Both the position numbers and the translations under genes were made by a program. From positions 1 through 38,434 of the forward strand of contig FLMG01001764.1 in the NCBI GenBank assembly GCA_900088475.1: a stretch of 38,434 nt of DNA, read 5' to 3'. Of the stretch, positions 33,460 to 38,434 are shown piece after piece; the first letter of the stretch is position 1, and every line of letters begins with the position of its first letter. This DNA comes from Hyphochytrium catenoides. Lineage: Eukaryota; Protista; Hyphochytriomycota. Under the pieces are notes generated by a model, which had not been told where the DNA came from, made no database searches, and saw nothing but the letters and a program-made list of their open reading frames with translations.

Positions 33460-36004
33460 AACACCCCTTGGATCTGGTGCATGCTTTCTCCCTCGTCAAG
33501 CTCTGGCCAGGCCTGCAGTCCCCATCAGAAGCGACAGCACACAAGCTAAACTCTGGACGGCGACAAAGTCAGCATCGACAGCAAGCTGAGGTGGTGGACA
33601 GTCAAGGAGGACAAGAGAGAGAGAAGCAGAGGCGTTAGTAAGTGTAGATAGGGCGCGAAGCGGGACAGGTTAGACGGAGACGCAGCTGAAAGGACACAAG
33701 AGTTCAAAAGTAGTGACGGGTGACGAAAGCGTGACACTCACAGGAATGGAAAGCTCATAACGAGATTATTCTGAGAAAGCTCGTTGGCCGGATCAACTGA
33801 AGTCTCCGTCTCTCCCTGTCATTGGTTCTTCATCAACGCTGCGGCGAGTATTGCCAGAGGACAGGGTCTTGCCTGACGTCTTTTTACAGAAAGAAGCCTT
33901 CGACGGCGTTACGGGCCGCACGAACCTGTTGCAGCGACGCAATGGTCTCAACGATGGTAGGGACGCGGCTGGAGGAATCTCCAGAAGGCATTGTCTACTG
34001 TGTCCCCCCACCTNNNNNNNNNNNNNNNNNNNNNNNNNNNNNNNNNNNNNNNNNNNNNNNNNNNNNNNNNNNNNNNNNNNNNTTATCCTTCCTCTTTAGA
34101 GCTGATCTCAGACATGCAAACAGTTTCCTGGCCCTGATGACTTCCCGGCTGTTGCTTGCCCCTCACCCTCCTATTCCTTATACCGTCTTGGAAGCCTTGC
34201 CCTTTGAGCACATCAATGCCCCATTGGAGACCTTCTTGGGACGTCCTCGTTTCGCCGGTCGACTCCTGCATTCGCGTCCGTCCTCTATAATCTGTCCTGC
34301 GGTGGAACTAACTTGCTCCTGAGTAGAATCAAGTCAAGAACTGCTAGAAAAACTTCGGAAGGCACAGAGAGTGCGGGACAGAATGGTGCGCAGTGCAGAG
34401 CTAAACCTGAAGAGGCAGCTGGATAATATTGATATCTTATACCGCCATGAGTGCGATGAAGCTGAAGCTGTCTTCGAGGTAAGAACCAGAAAAAGCCTTT
34501 CTCCTCTTTCTTCTTTTCTATAGTCTATTTTCATCTTTCATGCTATCAACCTCAATACATCGATTGCCATGTCATCCGATGGTGTCTCTTTGACTGTATC
34601 GCAAACTTAGTAGATCGCAACACGGTATTGGGCGTCTCCTCCATCTATCCTTGGGTGCTATACACTTGCTGGGTCTTACATGGTCTCCATCTTACACATG
34701 CCAGCTGCCAGTCCGCCGTTCCATCCCACACTCACTTTCTTATAGCCTCATCGTAGTACTTCGACAATTCAGTCGACGAGAACGCACGTAACGTTATGTT
34801 CTCTGTAGGCATCAAAGGGCCAGGTTGAGGACAAGCATCTATCGGACATCAGGGAAAGGATTAGGAGAATGGAAGAGATAAGGGACGGTGTAGGGGATGG
34901 TAAGGGGCATCAGAGGCACAATATTCTGCCATTCCTCTTACAGTTCATCTTTGCTAGATCGATTACTTGTTTAACATCTGGATTGCCGAGGTTCTTAACA
35001 TTCCGTTGTCCGCTTGCGCTGCCTCTTCTAGTGTCTGAACGTATGACAACTCGCATGCTCCGGAGTAAGGCCAAGGTTGACTTTGATGACAAGGGTCAAA
35101 GCAATGGAAACAATAGGAAGAAGAGGCAGAGTACCATGTTTCCTCCCTTAGTGAAGGAAGTTGATGAGGAAGAGGCGATGCAGGACATAAGTGCCATTGA
35201 AAGCCAAATCAGGAAGGTGCAAGGTAAGACGTCACAACACTTCTGTAGGTTACCAGTCTATGGAGAGCAGTGTCGCTGACTAGTTCTAGGACTCCTTCGC
35301 CTAAGATAGACATGGCATCTTGATGAGTCCAAGAACCATGGTCTCTTCTAATCCTGTTGGTTTCCTGTTACTTCGCCACGGCTTCTGCTTCTTTTCCTCA
35401 CACCCTTGGTACCTCCTTGCCCAGCAATGATCCCTGCGACTCGCCCAACTACCGTCAGCGTGGAATCCGGACGGCTGAACTACCGTGGCGAGATCTTTAG
35501 CAAGGGAGATGCAGTCATCGTGCGCTCAGAACTCACCAAGGAAGACTTCTTTGGTACTATCACTTCAATCAACAGCACAGAGGTAAGAAAGAGGAGGTGA
35601 TAGGAAGGAGAGTGTATTGTTCTTCTCAGCTTCTGTTTTTGATACTGTCTTTCTCTGCGCGGATGTTGCTTGATTAGAGATTGGAAGTGAGCTGTCCTTC
35701 TCTCTTTCTCTTTGCATTCCTAGTCTTATGTCTGGTACATCCAGACGTCTTCTCAATTTAGTCGCTAGCTCTACGTGTCTCTGCTTCTTTTTGTCCCTTA
35801 GTGGCCTGCCGCTTCCTGCCTACTCTCACAACTTAGCTAAATCCTCTCTGTGTGGCCCTCGCCATTTTTAAGGTGTATGTAAGGCTTCAAGATGGCAGCA
35901 AGAGCCGTGTCTACCTCACACATCTGCGAAATGACCGCTGCTCCCTCTCAGCCCAGAAAAAGAAACCTGAGGATGGCGAAGAAGGGGGCGCAGGCGATTC
36001 CTAG
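33460..36004 (+). CDS. SDS3/SUDS3-BRMS1 family Sin3-HDAC corepressor subunit (start codon unresolved)
   Basis: Coiled-coil exons KEAFDGV..LLQRRNGLND|ESSQELLEKLRKAQRVRDRMVRSAELNLKRQLDNIDILYRHECDEAEAVFE|ASKGQVEDKHLSDIRERIRRMEE, then TTRMLRSK and EEEAMQDISAI. C-terminal beta-barrel segment VSVESGRLNYRGEIFSKGDAVIV..GTITSINSTE|VYVRLQDGSKSRVYLTHLRN. Stop TAG at 36002-36004. Confidence 0.82.
34014..34082. other. Assembly gap (N-run)
   Basis: Run of N, probably intronic in the SDS3-like gene. Confidence 0.98.
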
Positions 36005-36354
36005 GAGTTATCTCAGCTTCATTTGTCTCTTTATTATTTAGCCGATCGCACTCCAGTGTCGCCTTCTGTCGCTTCTCTCCCGCCTTTCCCTGTCCCTAGG
36101 GTCTATTCCCTTTTCTAATCTACATCCTAACGTTCTACCCCGCAACGATCCCGCACCGGGTCCACTGCCCTTTCTTTTTCTAGGCACCGCACTAAGGCTG
36201 CATGGTGTGTCTTCGCTTATGCCGTCTCCCAGTCATACAGCTATCAACTGAAGCTGAGCGCTTTTTGCCTAAGCACCTTTCTGTGTCTCTATTCTTTGCT
36301 CAATTTCCTCTCCTCGCATGCTTCTCCTTCTGCACACCTCCAACGTTTGATCTT

Positions 36355-38434
36355 TTATTGCTTCGCTGCTCGGCGTCTCTCTTCCTGCACCAGCACCTCA
36401 TAGTCTGCCTTGAGATTCGAGGGAAGATGATTCTGCAATTCATGAAAGAGAGAAGGCTCCCTTGCTGCAGCGCCTTGTACACTTTGAAGGAAGAAAGATA
36501 AAGGATCCACATCGTCCAGAGCCGACGTATACTCATCCTCCTCTTCCTCATCATCGTCATCATCCCCAAGATAAGCAAGGAAATTTGCCTCGTCTGTCAT
36601 CTCCTTCTCCATCTTGGCCAATGCCTTTACATATTCCTCTTCATCCGCGTCAACAGCGTCGCCTTCGTCCTCATTGAAGTCTTCATCCTCATCTTCTTCC
36701 TCATCATCTTCCTCGTCTTCATCCTCCTGACGGTGAAAGGGAGCAGACGTATAGGTTAGAAGTCATTGATAACTTAGTACCAGGAAGGATGAGGATGTCC
36801 GGTAGACAGACCATGAGAGAGAAACTAGGGAATAGGAATTACGGGATTTCCTGGGTAACAAAAGAAAGACTATCTGTCCGATATTCTCCCCCAAAACTCG
36901 CTTGACACCAAGAAAGAGCTTCAGCGGAGGAGAGAAAGAGAGAACCGCCGAATTGCAGGAGAGCGGAAGGCATACTAGCAATTAAGAGTAAAAAGTGGCA
37001 AGGTTCAAACACAGCGCGTCCGCAATCATTCTACCTCTTCTCCTTCTTCATCGTCTCCATCTACCAGAGCTTTCGAAAGTTCTATGCTCTTTCCCAAGAC
37101 GGCGCCAAGACCGCTCTTCACTAGTGCAGGAAGCTCAGCAGAAGGCATTTGGAGGAGAGCACTCAGGCCAATAACGGTCATCTTCTTGGAGAAGACGGAG
37201 TTGAATAGCTCCAGCTACAAAGAGGAAGAAGGAACAGCGAGAAGGACGAATTAGAGATTAAGCGAGAACCTCAGGTGAATGCTCAATCAAGCTCTTTTCT
37301 CCTTCACCCGAGCTGCCTCACTCCTAGCCCTAGCCTCTAATAGCCATCAATTGAGCTTCCTGGTCAGTTGCATGGCTCGGCACACCACCCTTCCCACCAA
37401 TCGGTCCTCTCCTTTCTTACCTGCTGCATCCAGACATTGAACACTAAGGAGGTGGCATTGGCCTGCTCTAGGAAGGAAACAGCGAGAGGAGGGGAGTACC
37501 AGAGCGCACTCGCAATGGCGATGAGATCTCTCCTGATGACACGCCGCAGAACTTTGACAAGTGTCTCGGCTCTCTTGGACGAGGATTTCTCTACTACTTC
37601 TAGCCGCTTCACTGTCTTCTGTAAGCTCTCCACTACCAGCTTCAAAACCGCAGGAACAACTGCATCTACTTTTCCCTACGTAAGAAGCACCAGCCAAGTA
37701 AGCCACTAAGATCAGCAGGAGTAACCATTGAAGCCCATTACTTCCTGTCCCTCTGCTTACGCGCTTACCTTACACATCTGCAGGGTGCTAATAACCAACC
37801 AGAGCACTTTGGCTTTCTCCGCTTCCTCTTGCACTTCGTACTCGTTCTCCCCGTCCTCGCTAGAGTCTTTGCCCATAATCTTCTGCACGAAGTCAAAGAC
37901 CATTTCTAGGTAGCTCATCTGCTTGCCATTGACCACTCCGCGGCCGGAGAGGTAGACCTCTGGGTCGTGGGTGATGAAGTTATCAATAGGAGTCACCAGG
38001 TTATTTACATAGTCCGCCGCCCATTCGTTGAAGGCGTTGAAAAGCATCGGAAATAGTCCCCAGAAGTCCATAGAAGCCTTCTTGCAGTAGAAGGTGTAGA
38101 AGGTGATAACCTGCAAGCCACTTTCCATGTATTCCATGTACTCCCCGTCTTCGCGCAGGATGAGCTGTAAGACTGGGATAAGGTGGCACTCTGCTAGACG
38201 GTACAGTTCCGGTTTGGTATGCATAGCCTAAGAGAGAGGACCGGGAGATAGAGAGAGCGAGACCAGGTTGAGATTAGAAGTCGCTATGAGACCAATAGAT
38301 CAAACGACAGATGCCTCTCCAAGTGCAGAAAAGGTGAAGCACAGGCGACATTATCCAGAACCGAAAGAAAATAAGGAGTTCAGCTGGACGGTGGATAAGC
38401 CAAGACGAAGAGCACACTTTCAAAGCCCTTGGCA
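36355..38434 (-). CDS. Importin-7/8-like karyopherin-beta (C-terminal part; gene starts beyond the window end)
   Basis: HEAT-like exons ..LIPVLQLILREDGEYMEYMESGLQVITFYT..FWGLFP..WAADYVNNLVTPIDNFIT, IASALWYSPPLAVSFLEQ..VFNVWMQ and SVFSKKMTVIGLSALL. These are followed by an acidic loop and YTSALDDVDPLSFF..*, with the stop at 36355. Confidence 0.88.

Noticed and set aside
36500-36730. (TCN)n trinucleotide-like repeat
   Set aside because: It is coding sequence for the acidic loop typical of importin-7/8, not an independent repeat.

Overview
This is a gene-dense, intron-rich eukaryotic nuclear locus with short GT-AG introns and two N-gaps. The gene set fits a protist, possibly a stramenopile, but the taxon cannot be determined from this window. 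Hand-splicing gives, left to right: (1) a >1,470-aa alpha-helical protein on the minus strand, truncated by the window start, with several colinear motifs resembling Fanconi anaemia protein FANCA; (2) a BED-finger/hAT (DUF659-type) transposase-derived gene with degenerate catalytic motifs and two +1 frame offsets; (3) a ~2,800-aa WD40 + EF-hand-like protein; (4) a UBE3A/E6AP-like HECT E3 ligase with a Cys-less AZUL-like N-terminus and its catalytic Cys on a 21-nt micro-exon; (5) a multi-exon hypothetical gene; (6) MBF1; (7) ALG5; (8) an SDS3/BRMS1-family Sin3-HDAC subunit; (9) the 3' part of an importin-7/8-like gene. I found no support for rRNA, tRNA or CRISPR features. All homology calls come from recalled motifs, not database searches.
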